From Massalongia carnosa (taxonomy: Eukaryota), in the NCBI GenBank assembly GCA_965645245.1, contig OZ287083.1, forward strand, positions 1,612,001 through 1,676,000: a stretch of DNA of 64,000 nt, written 5' to 3'. The notes beneath the pieces are model-generated. The model was not told the origin of the DNA and searched no databases. It saw only the letters and a program-made list of their open reading frames with translations. The position numbers were made by a program, and so were the translations under genes. Below, in pieces: positions 23,436-36,325 of this stretch (its first letter is position 1; each line of letters opens with the position of its first letter).

Positions 23436-25611
23436 ATGGACGATCCTATAGCGTCGATAACTCGCGAGCAGGTGACGACCGTGATTTTAAGTAAATTCGG
23501 CTTTTATCCAAAGAATGAGCAAGTTGACGCTATCATGACTTTAGCACAAGATCAAAAGGATCTGATATTTATCGCCAAGACTGGATTTGGAAAGAGTATT
23601 ATCTTTCAAGCTATGCCATTAATGTTCTCTTGTCTTAAGATCGCTTTAATTATCATGCCTCTCAAGACCTTAGAAGCTCAACAGTGCAAGAAATTGAGCG
23701 TTATCGAGGGATGCAAGCCTTTCGTGTTGGACGGTGATAGTAATAATTCTTCTAATTTAAAGTTAATTCGTGAAAACAATTATACGCATGGTGTGTATTC
23801 AAATTATGATTGAGATAAATATAAAAACTTACTCGTTAATATGAATAGTTTTTACTAGCCCAGAGATAGCGACGTCAAAGCTGTTTAATCAGGAGGTTCT
23901 GAGGCATCCAAGTTTCTTCTTGAATTTATGTCTTTTAGCTCTTGATGAGATGCATCTTGTATCCGAATGGCGAGATTTCCGGCCCGAATACTTCAATCTC
24001 GGTGTGCTTCGTACACGATTACCAGATGGTATTCCTTTTCTGGGTGCGTCTGCAACGCTGGATCCAAGAACCCTAGAGAGCGTTAAAGATCGCTGTGGCT
24101 TTGATAACGAAAGTACTGTTATTCAAACAGCGCTTGATCGTCCAGAGATATACATACAGACAAGCAGTCTACAGCGGCCTATGAACAGCATGATCGATCT
24201 TCAACATCTTTTACCAACACGGGCTGAGAGTCCTTTTGATATTCCGAAAACGATTATCTTCATGGATTCAATTTCATCTATCAAAAAGACGTGTGCGCTA
24301 ATGAAAGTATGGATGAATCAATTGTCCTATCCAATTGAGGCTGCTAGTTGGGTCGCGCCTTTCTTTTCCGACATGGCCACCCAAGACAAAGAAAGGATTG
24401 CGGCTCGCTTCGAAATGCCCTCGAATCAATGTAAATTTCCTCGAATCCTGATCGCAACGGATGCATACGGGCTTGGTATTGATAATCCAGACGTTATGAG
24501 AGTTACGCAATGGCTGCTACCCTCGTCAATGGCGAAGCTATACCAACGTTTAGGTCGTGCTTTGCGTTGCGGTCGAGGACAGGCGCATTTTACTCTTTTG
24601 CATCCTTCTTGGTGCATGGGTCCAAGAAGCGGATCAAAAATGGACGAACAGGACGGATATGACGCGGGAATCGAGATTGAATCCAAGGCCAGTAAACGCC
24701 GCATCAATCAAAAGGATGCTGATCGGCGACGAGATATGCCACCGGGTCTTTGGGAGATAATCAATGTGCCTTCAGATGGTTGCGTTCGAGGTATTGGCTT
24801 GAATTTCTTCAATGATAAAGTGTATCCAACGTCGGCCTATGTTAAGCCGCAACCTTGCTGTTCAATTTGCGATCCAAGTTTTCAGACATCAACAGCCGCC
24901 AATGAGATGTTAAATAGAACGGCCGAGCGTGACTCGTCTAGGCGGCCTTGGTTCACCCTTAAACTTCGAGAATGGAGGGAGGCCAAGGCGCAGGAAAAGT
25001 TCCCAAATTCACATATGCGATACTTCCCATCATTGATAATGCCCGATGAGGTACTGAATTCTTTGACCACTTGGGCGGATCAGATTGTGGACGAGCCCAC
25101 CATGCGGCGATGGATTGGTAACACATGGACTGGTATTAGGCCCTACGGCGCCGAGCTTTTAGAAATTTTAAAGCGGGGTCAAGCAATGAGATTAGACGAG
25201 GGAGACATGTTCGAGGAATGGAAACGACACAACGACATAAAGAGAAAACGATTACCCAGCCTAACATGCAACTCCGCCAGTATTGAATTTGAGGAACGGA
25301 GGAAAAACTGGATGATCAAACAAGGATATATGTCGAGAAAGGTTTTTAAAAAGCGAAATGCGGTCAAGAAGAAAGTCTCGAAGGAAAGCGAGAGCACGGA
25401 GCCATCGGGCGAGAATCCTGCGCCTAATCACAATATCTCCGATGCGGCGCTCGTTGTTGACAATGTTGATGCTCTTAAATCATCGATGAAGGCATCAAAG
25501 ACCAAAAAAGCGCCTCGAGATCCTATGGAAGCGTTGTCGCTGAATGTACCCATGGCCCTTCCTCCGACACGATCTAGACAAGAAAGAAAGTGCCCCGTCC
25601 GCTACCTCTGA
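23436..25611 (+). CDS. RecQ-related SF2 helicase of the AcademH element (2 exons)
   Basis: Exons 23436-23790 and 23849-25611. Motifs AKTGFGKS, FTSPE, DEMH, SAT, ATDAYGLGID, QRLGRA, a Cys cluster CVR...CCSICD and an HRDC-like tail. Confidence 0.9.
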
Positions 25612-25670
25612 CTCTGTAAAGCCGCGCGGCGCGGATTTACATGACTAGGCTATCTCGTGGTATCGATGAT

Positions 25671-28349
25671 TTAATCAAAAAACATACCGCCGGATATCTC
25701 GAGACGGGCCATTGAAATGACAGGGCTGTCGGGGACCTGCTTTGTTTCATTGACAAAATCGGGCTCGGCTTCATACTTACCCTCAAGGTCGTCTGTTGAA
25801 ATTTCTTTTGAAATTTCTTCGGAAAGATACTGCTGATTGTATTTTAATACATTTTCTCCAAGTTTCTTCAATCCCTCAACATAAAGATTAGCTGTTGGAT
25901 TAGTTGAAAATCGATCATAGCTTCTTTTACAGAGTGATTTATGCGCTAGTGCCGTAGCCATGCCCCACACATCCTCTGCGGCCGATTTTGCTGGATGCCT
26001 TGAAGAGTTGACTCTTCCAAAGTAAAACTCAACGATTTCTTTGAGCTTCATAAGATATGGACCGTTGAGTGCCCAGTTCTCGAGCAAGGTGTCACTATAC
26101 TTTGAAAAATAAGATCGCTCGTGCTGGAACGTCTTGAGGTTATTGTTTAGTATCTCTAAAAGCCGATCAGTCTCAAAACTCGACTCTTCGTCACCGCGTA
26201 AATTGACAAGACTATTCATTAAAATACTTTCCTGTAGCCTTATGGTCGCTGCGGAAGAATCAATCGCATGAAGGGTGTATAGAAGAGCTTGCGCATATTT
26301 CGGGGTGCCAGCTACGCTTGCCTGAAAGATCACCGTTGCGTGGCGCAATGCGTGACGAAGTAGTCCAATATCCGCATATTTGATTGCGTATCGAAGTGTT
26401 AGATACGATTCAACGTGATCACAGAAGTTCTGATGATTCTGAAATTGTTGATCAAGCGTTGGAGGAAGCATATCTATTGACGTTGAGGGTAATTCCGCGT
26501 GAAGTTTGCGAGATATCCTGCCCAACATATTCATCCAGGTGCCATCCTGCCCGCAAGTCTGCGCTGTGAGCCACGAAATAGTTGCTTCGATTCGCTGCGG
26601 AGCATATCCATCCTTTCGTAAAAACCTAATCCACGTCCCAACGATTCTAGCTTGATAGCTCTGAATGATCAGATCCTCTAAGGCCTGGAAATCGTTCGGC
26701 TGCACGACACGAGCGCGGCCCCACCGATCGGCGGCATATTGAAGAGTCGAAGGATCAACCGGCTGGGCCTCTCCCCAATGTATTTTATGAATAAGCTGCA
26801 GCATGTTAAAGCGAAGATGCCATAACCCTAATCCCGGTAAAATCCAGTCGAACCGATCGAAAAATTGCTCCGATATCCCACGACGTAATTCCTTGACAGA
26901 TTGCATTCTCGACCATGTCTTGAGGTCACCATAGATAAGCCGAATGACGCGCGCAAACGTCGAGTCATCCTCCTTGAACTTGAACTGTCGCACAAATATA
27001 TCCTCCAATATTTGAATATTATTAGATGTTGTGCTCTCATCCTTCATGACTGGTTTGATAGGAATGTAATTGGTCTTGTATTTTTTCATCTTATTCAGCA
27101 CGGGCATTGCAGTCGACCAAGGAAGTTGAACGTCGCCGATCTCTGGGCCATAAAGCGCTCGAATCGCTGACTCTAGATGATGAAGACGAATCTAGGTACG
27201 CGGTGCATTAGCGATTGAGCGCGGTATATACACCTCGTCCTGTATTGAACTCACCTGCATCTCGAGATCACCAGTCTCCAGCTTTCGCGCAATTCTTTCA
27301 GCTGATAAAAGATGCGTGGCGGGGCGCCACATATCCTGCCTCAAAGCGCCGGCATCGAATCCTTGCCCCTGGAAAATTAGAGCGGTAGTGATTGATCTGA
27401 CGTCTCTATTATCCCCCGTGCGCTCTCCTCGTTTACCTTCTGCGAAGTCAAAGTTATCGTATGTCAAGATCATGTTTGAGCCTTGTCCTAGCATCTGAAC
27501 CTTTCGTTCGGCCTCCTTAATCAAGGACAACATGCGCCGCTGCAGGGTAGTATATGACATCGTCAGGTCAAAATGACAGAGTGTATCTAGAACTCGCCGC
27601 CTCGCCCCACCTTGATAAATATAAAGGCCTAAGACGGACTGAATATTGGTCGCCTTATTTGGTCGCAATTTGTGACAAAGCATTGCCAATATAACGGTGT
27701 GCCGGCCGCTGGGAGAATCCAACGTCACATCGAGAGGTTCCTGCGGGCGAGCCTCGCGACAAACACTATCAATTAGCTCAAGCCATCGTGGCGCCAACTG
27801 CTTGGCGGCAGATGCAGCAAGTTTAATAGCCTCCAAGGTCTCAAACTCGACTGTCGCAGAGGGCGGCTGGAAAGGGCCAAAGGCTGCGTGATCTGCCAAA
27901 GCTTTGATTTCTTCACGAAGCACATCCGCGGCCCAAACCCATCCTCTCTCGCGAAGGATAGTGGATATTCTACCAGGCCCAATGAGGCTTGAAAAGTCTT
28001 CTTGCCGCACAATATCGACATAGACAAAATCGAAGAGCTGGCCTTGCGCCTTTCGCATACTATGACGGGCTCGATTCTTACAAAGTGTTGATAAAAAATC
28101 TTTTACCGACCAATTTAGAGAGCTCAGAAATTTAAGCACCTCAACCAGCTTGTCGTAATCTGATATGCGCCGGCGGTGGCGTTTCGCGCCTCCATTTTTT
28201 TCAGGTAAGGCAGGAGGGGAGGAGGAAGAGGGTGAGCTATCATTACTGCCTGACGGCGATGGGTGGGGCCGCTTGAGCGCACCGGCGGGAGTCAAGGGAC
28301 TTGTCCGTAGGTCGGTAAGTGGCGAGGAGGGGCCCCCGACAAGAGCCAT
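25671..28349 (-). CDS. Academ-type transposase (DUF6589-like), ~871 aa, 2 exons
   Basis: Exons 28349-27255 and 27191-25671 (GTGAGT...CTAAT...TAG, phase 0). Motifs TYDNFDF, IYGDLKT, PGLGLWHL, KYA, NSLVNLRG, ETDRLLE. Confidence 0.8.
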
Positions 28350-29153
28350 GGCTTTCGTCAGATAGCTTCAATCTAGATAAATCATACAATACCATTGATT
28401 GGCCGTCGTTATTCATATCATCATGATCTTTGTAACTCAATGTAATCGCGCCACATGAAAATAATCAGTTCATCAACCTCAAAATTGAGCGAAAGCGAAC
28501 AATTTATCACTTAATCGACTTTCACATCGCTTTTCTTAGCCTGACAGTAGTTATAACACATGATTATCGAGTCATCCATCTTGAGAGGTGCGTTTTTGGT
28601 ATAAAATACAGTCTCTGGTAAACTAATACGACCCTAATCATTGTATTAAATCCATAAAAGGAATGGTTGCACTGCTAAAATTTTTATTACGCGGATCTGG
28701 CCTTAATTTTGAGTTTTGCGCTCAGACGTGCTATCGCACTGATGTTAGTCAGCAGCGACGCTAACCCGAAGGGGCTTAGCGAAAATAGGCTAACATGGAG
28801 GGGCTTAGCCGGCTCATTGAGCCACGCACGTCTGAGGTACTGAGGCAATGATTCTCTAGTATCCAATTATCATCACGCAATTTGGAACAAGCCACTGTTT
28901 ATCCTACTTTCCAATTGTTAGACTAGTATACAAACCATCGCTGTCAATTCGATCCTCGATAGCTGAATAGTGACCATTATGTTGTTGATTGTTGTCGTGT
29001 TGAAGTTGAGGTGTAAAATGTTGAAAATGCGTCTTTGAGCCGGGTGGCCGGTAAGCACTGAGGGGTGCTCTCTGCATTCCGAAAGTGGTCTAGCACGATT
29101 ACGGAGTACTCTAACATAAAAACCATCTTCTATCCCTCTCGAATTCAATCGAC

Positions 29154-31325
29154 ATGGCCGCTGACCAACGAAAACCTGACGCCCAGAAATCAGGGCGGCA
29201 AACTTTGAATCGTGAGATGTTCCATTCTAGTTCGTCCATTTCGCTCTTACTCACCTCTGAACAGAAGAGCGCCCTCAACCTCAAAAGAAGCGAGCGAACT
29301 TCCAAGACCAAACCATTCAGCAGCATTCATTTTCCTCTCTGTCAACAAGCAATACTCACAGTTCGGTACATCCTCTATTCGTTTTAATGGCACCGTGGAA
29401 AATTAATCGTAAAAAAGTGTTCACAGGACTTACCGACTTGCGAGAAGCCTTCAGGCCTAGACCAAAGACTCGATCAAAAGCGAAAGCGATCACAAGGGGT
29501 TGACGATCTAGTCCCTCAAACTAAGGGTCAGCCCTTTGATCTAGAGAGAAAGACTTTCACAAGCGAGACTGAAGAACATCATCAGCTACCATCACCATCA
29601 ACAAGCAACCCACACCAGCAATCATCTGAGAAGAAAAGGAGGAGAGCTGTTTCCCCAGAATCGCGCTCGGAGGAAGTCAATAATCGCTCTCCGGAAAGGC
29701 GCAAGGCCTTACGGCAAACACCACAACAATCAGGTACGAGTACATACAGTCCCATTTTTGAGAGGCCTGAAGAAGGGCACAAAGCCTCAGAAAGCGAAGA
29801 GGAAGAGAAAGACGATCCTATCAGCTATTGGACCGCGAACCATACCTGGCCCGACAACTTTGCAGAGCCCCGTGCAATGTCTTTATCGAATAGCACCAAC
29901 AAACGACAGCGAACGTCGGATCGTTCTCAAAGCGGCAAGGATGGAAAATCCCGGAGCTATTCTCAGAGCCGTAAAGATGGAGATGCCCCGCAGCAATATA
30001 CCAAATCGTACGAAAATTACATTCTTACACAAGGTCTGGACATGGATGATTACAAAGGCGAGAAACTTGTTTCTCTAGACAGCAAAGTGACTTGCAACGA
30101 TCTTCAAAAGTTGACATACATGGCCATCTCTCCTACTGTTTATTCCAAGGTCGAAACACTAGAGGTGGTCAAACTCTGCCGAAACCGAAATGAAGCAATG
30201 ATAAACCGAGATGTTACGCCGTTGATTGTGCCGCCAATCAAAGCACTCTATCTCAAGAACGGAGTAAACCAGTTCGAGCATTTTACCGATGAGGTTAGCA
30301 CGCAGTGGCATAAGAGTTGGGTTCTCGCAGGGCCTCGGCCTAAACCTGACCTGGCCGTTGGCTTTATCTCTTCTGCTTTTACAATAGCAGAAAATGAAAA
30401 ATTGACCAACTATACATCCTTTGAAAACTTAACGCGACCAACCGCCGAGTTGTGTTTCCCGTTCTTAATGTGCGAGGTCAAGTGCGGCAACGAAGGGCTT
30501 GACTGGGCTGACCGGCAGAATATGCACAGCTGCAGTGTGGCGGTCAAGGCTCTTCTCAAGCTTGAGCAAAAAGCAGATCAGTACCGAGAGGACAAGCAAT
30601 TCGAGAGCTTGCTTGGCAATATCGTTGTCTATTCTATTTCACACGATCAAAAAGATGCCCGCCTCTACGGGCATTATGCCTTGGTTGAAGAAGAAAAATG
30701 GACGTATTATCGCCATCATATTCGGCATTTCCACATTGCACACGAGGAGAGGGACCTGCTGGCCCTCCACAATTTTGCTCGCAATATCCTAGTGATACAC
30801 GCTTCAAAACTGTTGAAACGGCTTCAGAAAGCAATCGCAGTTCTCCCGATCTCATCTACGCTATCATTCTCTGCAGGTACGATGAACTCGGAGGATGACT
30901 CGCGTGGCTTCCAACAACCCTCGCAGGGTCGAGATGCCGAAGGTTTCGCGATTCCCGTTCTTCCTGCCAGCGCCCAAAAACTGTTCGACGAGCAAAAGGA
31001 GCAGATGGACAAGCTCCTTCAGCAGATGGAACGGCAAAGGGAGGAGAACAAGGAGAAGGAGGAAAGGCAAAGGGAGGAGATGGAGCAGCAGAGGAAAGAG
31101 AACAAGGAGAAGGAGGAAAGGCAAAGGGAGAAGGAGGAAAGGCAAAGGGAGGAGATGGAGCAGCAGAGGAAAGAGAACAAGGAGAAGGAGGAAAGGCAAA
31201 GGGAAGAGATGGAGCAGCAGAGGAAAGAGAACAAGGAGCAGATGGATGAGCTAAAGAAGGAAAAGGATGAGCTGAGGGAGCAAATCAAGGGACTCATGAA
31301 CATACTCAAACAGACGAAGAGCTAG
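29154..31325 (+). CDS. PD-(D/E)xK nuclease-fold-like fungal protein with C-terminal coiled-coil repeats, copy A (~701 aa)
   Basis: Exons 29154-29360 and 29427-31325 (phase 0; the GTTCGG donor is less certain). Motifs DPISYW...WP, PKPDLAVG, FPFLMCEVKCG, ADRQN.HS, YGHY; tail of KEERQREEMEQQRKENKE repeats. Confidence 0.75.
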
Positions 31326-31736
31326 ATTTAGAATACTGGATGCTCATCCGGCTTGGTAGATAGGTATGTGGATTGTTTCGTGAACAATATTTTTAGAATC
31401 TAGGAATGATCCTAGAATCCTGACATGGTAGGTAGTCTCCGACGAGAGGGTTGAGAGATGCAGTTACAGGGAAGAAGATGGGATAGGAACAGGTATTATC
31501 AGATCTCTTAGAACTTTGATTCCTGTCAAGCTTAGTATTGCTCTGAAGTAGCTAGAGACTATCTAGTGTATGCTATGAGTATTAACATGAGTTGATTCTG
31601 GACGTCTCATAACGGCGATCTTCAGCTACCTTATATACGTGAGGTTCAATGAACCATTCCCATGTGAGCCCTTGACCGATATATTCAATAAGCATATCAC
31701 GTGACGTATGCGACGCCAAGACTTATGGCTATTAAC

Positions 31737-32867
31737 TCAAACGTCCCCAAACCACCTATGTGCCAATGCCTCGTGCGCCGTGAGCCTCTTCGCTAGATCA
31801 ACGTTCATCAAACCACCAATAAGATCTTTGAAGTCCGTGTCTACGCCTTTCCACAAAGAGAACAGCTTATGCGGGTTAGCCGTGTTAAAGCTGTCTTGAA
31901 TAACTTTAAGAACTTCGCATCAAGGACTGTCGCCAAGATGCTCAAGAGCCCATTCAGTCCGTCCGCGTCCGCAAAATAAGAGATCTGGCGCTTGAGGACG
32001 ACTGCTAATGGCTCCTCGCCGTCAGCCAGCTCCTCTTCGTCGACGGCGAAGATGACTCACTTAAACACTGCGTAAATGCATTGCATGACGACACTAGTGA
32101 ACAGCCACTCTAAAATACGAGGGATGGTAGTTGACTTACAACAACACCGAAAGAGAATATATCGGAGTACTTAACGCGGCCTTGAGCATGTGCTTCCGGG
32201 CTCCGCCACACTCAGTTGCCCATCTGTTTACCGGTGACATCGCTTCCAGGAGGTATATATGCAGCGTCTTCAATATCGGCGAGCTGAACCTGTTCAACAA
32301 CCACTCCGTGATGATCCTTCTTCCGCTCGACCAAGATATTATTCGCTTTGATATCTGCAGAGTATCAGCCCCATAAACAGAAGGAGCCTGGTTTATCAGA
32401 ATGAACAATGTTCTGGTCGTGCAGCGCCGCAAGTCCACGTAATGTGTCTTTGAGGATTTGTTTTATAAGCGCGATCGATAAGTCCTCTCGGGCGAGGCCT
32501 AGAAGATCGTCTATGAAGTATCTGTAAACAAATATCGACCGCTCCGGGATCGTGTCTTAAGATAAGCGGAGATAAGTGCCAGTTGCGCAGGCAGTAGTAC
32601 ATATCCTGAAAATGCTTGAAATCAGACTGGGAGACGTCTTTCAATATAAATTTCTGGTTTTTAGCGCTAGGTCGACAGAGGCTAGCAAGTTAAATAGCGT
32701 CAGTTGTCGAGTTTCAGGAGCACGTACATAGCAAGACAGACGCGGCGCAGCGGATTTCCTTTCTCTTGGAGGACTCGCTGGATGATATAACGATGGCCGG
32801 ACTGGCCAACCGGCTCCGTGGTCGTAGACGCGTTCTTCCGTTAGGCATGGACTGTTACTGATGTCAT
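31737..32867 (-). pseudogene. Ser/Thr protein kinase pseudogene, copy A
   Basis: Hand translation: GQSGHRYIIQRVLQ, LRGLAALHDQNIVH-[intron]-DIKANNILV, VQLADIEDA, GN*VWRSPEAH, SDIFSFGVV, RLTAHEALAHRWF. Multiple stops and frameshifts. Confidence 0.8.
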
Positions 32868-33189
32868 TTTACTGTTAGGACGACGAAGTCGGATGAAAGG
32901 GCTTGTAGCGGAAGAAGGCGTTAGCAAACCGAACGTTGAAAATTGAGCCACACCTAAGTACGTTCGGTTTTGCAAGAGGCGAGAACGAGCGTGATAGAGA
33001 CATCAAAGCGATAAAAGGTCTAAATTGAACGAAGTGTACGTATGGTAGTCAGAGCAATCTCTCAATCGCCCTATCTCCAGCCCTCCGATAGCATAGACTA
33101 GGGCATGAGATGTTGTTCTATACGCTATAAGTCTTGACTAGATCAGCCTTGCATACGTAGCCACCGAGCTTTCTACTGCTCAGTATTCA

Positions 33190-33570
33190 ACCCGTCCTCT
33201 TTGTTGGATTTCTGGACTTGCTCGAGCGCATGGGGAATGGAAGGCAAATCCGCGATGTAGGATACCAGCGGTGAGGGGGGGGAGGATCGGTGATGGCGGT
33301 AGACATCTCCACCGACGTGCTGACCTCCGCCCACCGCATCGTGCAGGCGGCGGGCTTCGTGGGCCAGATCGAGCTGCTGCAAGGCAATTTCATGAACTTG
33401 ACCGGCATCCCGCAGCACCACCATATTGGGGGTCCCCTAAGCAGTTCGACGCCATTGTGAGCTTCTGGGCCTTCTCCATCACTTCATCCCCCCCTGGACG
33501 GTTAGGATGCGCTGCTCCGCCAATGACGGCGCTACCTGCCCCCCAGGGCGCGTGGTTCTCGAAGGATCTT
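33190..33570 (+). pseudogene. SAM methyltransferase remnant (also ~49730-50110)
   Basis: GC-rich patch reading SVMAVDISTDVLTSAHRIVQAAGFVGQIELLQGNF...FDAIVSFWAF, with stops and frameshifts. Confidence 0.5.
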
Positions 33571-34440
33571 TGACTTGACAAGTGGAGATGCCGAGCGATG
33601 TAGAACATATGTTCTGCAATCGGCATACATCGCTCGAGATAGGGAAAAGTTTTTCATTCCGCTCCTTCGATCATTGCAATCATTTCTTCTCTATACTGTG
33701 AGATATACACCATGCGCGAGAACTTCTTGACATTAGACAAGGTTCCACGAGCAATCAAGTCATTGTCAATGAATGTTCTAAAATTAGACCCTCGAAAGAA
33801 GCCGGGTTATTCTTAATCACATGATAGTCAAAAGTCAAGCCCAAATCTTTCTCTGTTCATTTCATTGTTTCAGCGATTTGCCATGTTGAGCATGAGCAAG
33901 TAGATTGATGCAGCTTTCATCCTTAATGTACTTCTTAACCAGATTCTTGACAAAATCTATCAAGTAATTTCTTTTTCTTAACTTCGGGGACACTAATGAT
34001 TCCGAACAGATCTTATTTAAATCAGATGCCTGTGATGACTGAAGTAAATCATTTGAAGAAGCTAAAGTTTCTGACCCCCATAACAGGAATTTTTGGGGAA
34101 AAGAGACTCTATACCGCAGCTAAGCGGGTATTGAGTGTATATATATCATAAGAAACATAAAGGGGTGATCAATGTATGATATATAATATAAGATGGGAAA
34201 CAAGAAAATAAAGAAAGAAATAGAATAACATCTACGAAGCAGTAGAAGCCCGCCAGTGACGAAGTAACAGATGACAGTAAATGGAAGCGAATGGATAGCA
34301 AATTAAGTGGACAGCAGATTAAGTAGTAGTTGGACAACAAATAAAGTAAGAATTTAATTAATCAAATACATGAATTGACAAATGCACTACTTCACCTGCT
34401 GTTCATCTGCTGCTTCGTTTACTACTTCACCCGTGCCTAC

Positions 34441-34699
34441 TGATGAATAAGATGAAATTCACGTGTAGGTATAATAGCATGATTGTCATTGAAGGTAATT
34501 ATCTATGTGGGCTATCGATCTGCTTTTATAGCAGTCACAAAAAGCAGTCACATAACAGTGATGCTTTAGGCCTCCCATAGCTGCCTGTTAGGCACCTCCA
34601 TAACTGTCTATTAGGCACCTCTTATAGGTGCCTGGCAGGTACCCGTGGGACTCACGATAGATGCCTATACTAGTGGTAGTCTGACTATCTTGTTGAACA
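34441..34699 (-). mobile_element. Solo-LTR-like element (also 59639-59897), related in inverted orientation to 36037-36325
   Basis: TG...CA ends; ~100 bp (TAGCATGATTGTCATTGAAGGTAATTATCTATGTGGGCTAT...) match the reverse complement of 36220-36315. No TSD seen. Confidence 0.5.
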
Positions 34700-34792
34700 A
34701 AAAATCAACCAGGCATACGGCAGCGGGATGCAGGAGAAGAGGGTCTAGGGCTATCAAGGATAGGCAAAGAGAAGTGCTTGGCAAACGTGATG

Positions 34793-36036
34793 GGGAGGCT
34801 GTAAAACTCAGAGGTTTTCTATTTTCCATACCATTTAGCTGCCGCAGCCAATTAGTAAGCTGGCACATGACCAAATCTCGTAAATATTAATGTCAACCGT
34901 AATTCTCATCCCATGGTTACCCCTTATTATCACTTTTCTCATACCTCGCTGCTCTCATTTATTGAGGCTATTCAAGATGTCTTCGTACTTAGATACCACC
35001 AAGCCCGAAAGCGACGTCGACAGTCAGCTAGATAGTCAGCTGGATAGTCAGCTCACCGTCGCCAGAGGATCTTCTCGCTCCGATTCGACCCCTATTTCTA
35101 CTGTCTTGGCTCTACCTTCTCATCTGGTCTCGATGCGTCAGCTTGTCTTTGCATTAGATGCACCAATAACTTGGACTGCGGATAATTATGCTTCATACTG
35201 GCCGTTTATGGACAACATCTGGGTGCATAATCACACGGAGCCTATTACCAAGAAGAGAACTCAAAAATCATATTGGTTTTGCAGACTTTGGAAGCAAGAT
35301 GCTGACATTAAAAGTCAAGGTTCAGGACGACGTGCTAAACGAATGCGGTTAACTGATGCTTGCTCTATAAAGCTGGCTATGATCAAACAATTTGATGAGA
35401 TCAATGAATTGTTGACGGTGACTTTGAGTCGTCACGTCAACAAGAAGCTTGACGACTCAGTTAATCAGCTGCAACATAATCACATTTTGGAGGTTGTGGA
35501 CAATATCAAAATCAACTCCGCCATCAGACTGACGGCTGGTAAAGAGGTGGCAAAAGGATATACCCCGGGAGACGTCAATCGAAACATGCAGGGCGTTAGA
35601 TGGGAAGGGAATCTTGAAACTTTGAAACAGGCCGGGGGGTCGAATTTCAACTTTCAAACCGTATACAATGCTGGAAGAAGCTTTAAAAAGCAGAATCCTG
35701 ATGCACGAATTCAGGGAGCTAGGGAGTCATGGATTAATCAATTGAATAGCTGTTTTGATGCATTGCAGGCATTGGGTGAAGATGTTCTAGCTGCAAAGCT
35801 TGAAATAACTCGTCTCATTGATAGAGAAAGATCACATGCAATAGCATTTGCAAAAAGATCTCGGTTATCAGTATTGATGAAACGTGGACATCTGACATTG
35901 ATGGACAGTACTCATAACACCAATCAGCTAAAATGGAAGTTATTTACATTGATGATTCGTGACGAATGTGGAAGCTGGATTCCCGGAGCCCACATGCTTA
36001 GTAGTAACGAGGACGGTGACATTATAGGAGAGTTTC
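34793..36036 (+). mobile_element. 5' half of a Mutator-like (MULE) element, truncated
   Basis: Begins exactly where copy A diverges from copy B. ORF 34890-36053 has LMDSTHNTNQLKWKLFTLMIRDECGSWIPGAHML (MULE first-Asp region) and is cut by an LTR at 36037. Confidence 0.7.
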
Positions 36037-36325
36037 TGTTGGATGTTAGATGATGAGGCCACCATCATCATGGGCATCCATCATGAGCCTCAGGAGGTGC
36101 CTTGCAAAGTGCCTAAACAAGCAGAGATGGGAGACAAGGTCTGACCGTCAGGGGGACAAGGTCTGACCGTCAGGAGGACAAGGTCTGACCGCCAGGAGGA
36201 CAAGGTCTGACCTCCTAGATGTGACTGTTTTGTAACTGCTATATAAAGCAGACAAATAGCCCACATAGATAATTACCTTCAATGACAATCATGCTACTAT
36301 ACCTACAAAGTGAAATTATATTTCA
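36037..36325 (+). mobile_element. Solo LTR-like element at the duplication junction
   Basis: TGTTG...TTTCA ends, TATATAAA box, four ~22-bp tandem units GGACAAGGTCTGACC at 36130-36213. Flanks GTTTC / TATCT do not match. Confidence 0.6.

Larger units (their letters stand above)
22847..28847. mobile_element. AcademH-type DNA transposon (transposase + RecQ-like helicase), 6001 bp, apparently intact
   Basis: TIRs TGCCTCAGTACCTCAGACGTG... are near-perfect for ~90 bp and degenerate to ~140 bp. 10-bp TSD ATGATTCTCT at 22837-22846 and 28848-28857; single-copy empty site at ~45502-45511 in copy B. Two convergent genes inside. Confidence 0.88.
20539..34792 (+). repeat. Segmental duplication, copy A (~8.2 kb core plus the AcademH insertion)
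   Basis: Colinear and near-identical to 36328-59990 from TCTGCAGTGGAAGAAA to GCAAACGTGATG once insertions are removed. Confidence 0.95.

Noticed and set aside
23436..25611. Host RecQ/Sgs1 or telomere-linked helicase
   Set aside because: It lies inside TIRs and a TSD with a transposase, is absent from the sister copy, and no telomeric repeats are present.
30824..31309. Overlapping Leu/Ser/Arg-rich ORFs (also 41436-41820 and 63680-63892)
   Set aside because: Alternative-frame shadows of low-complexity repeats.
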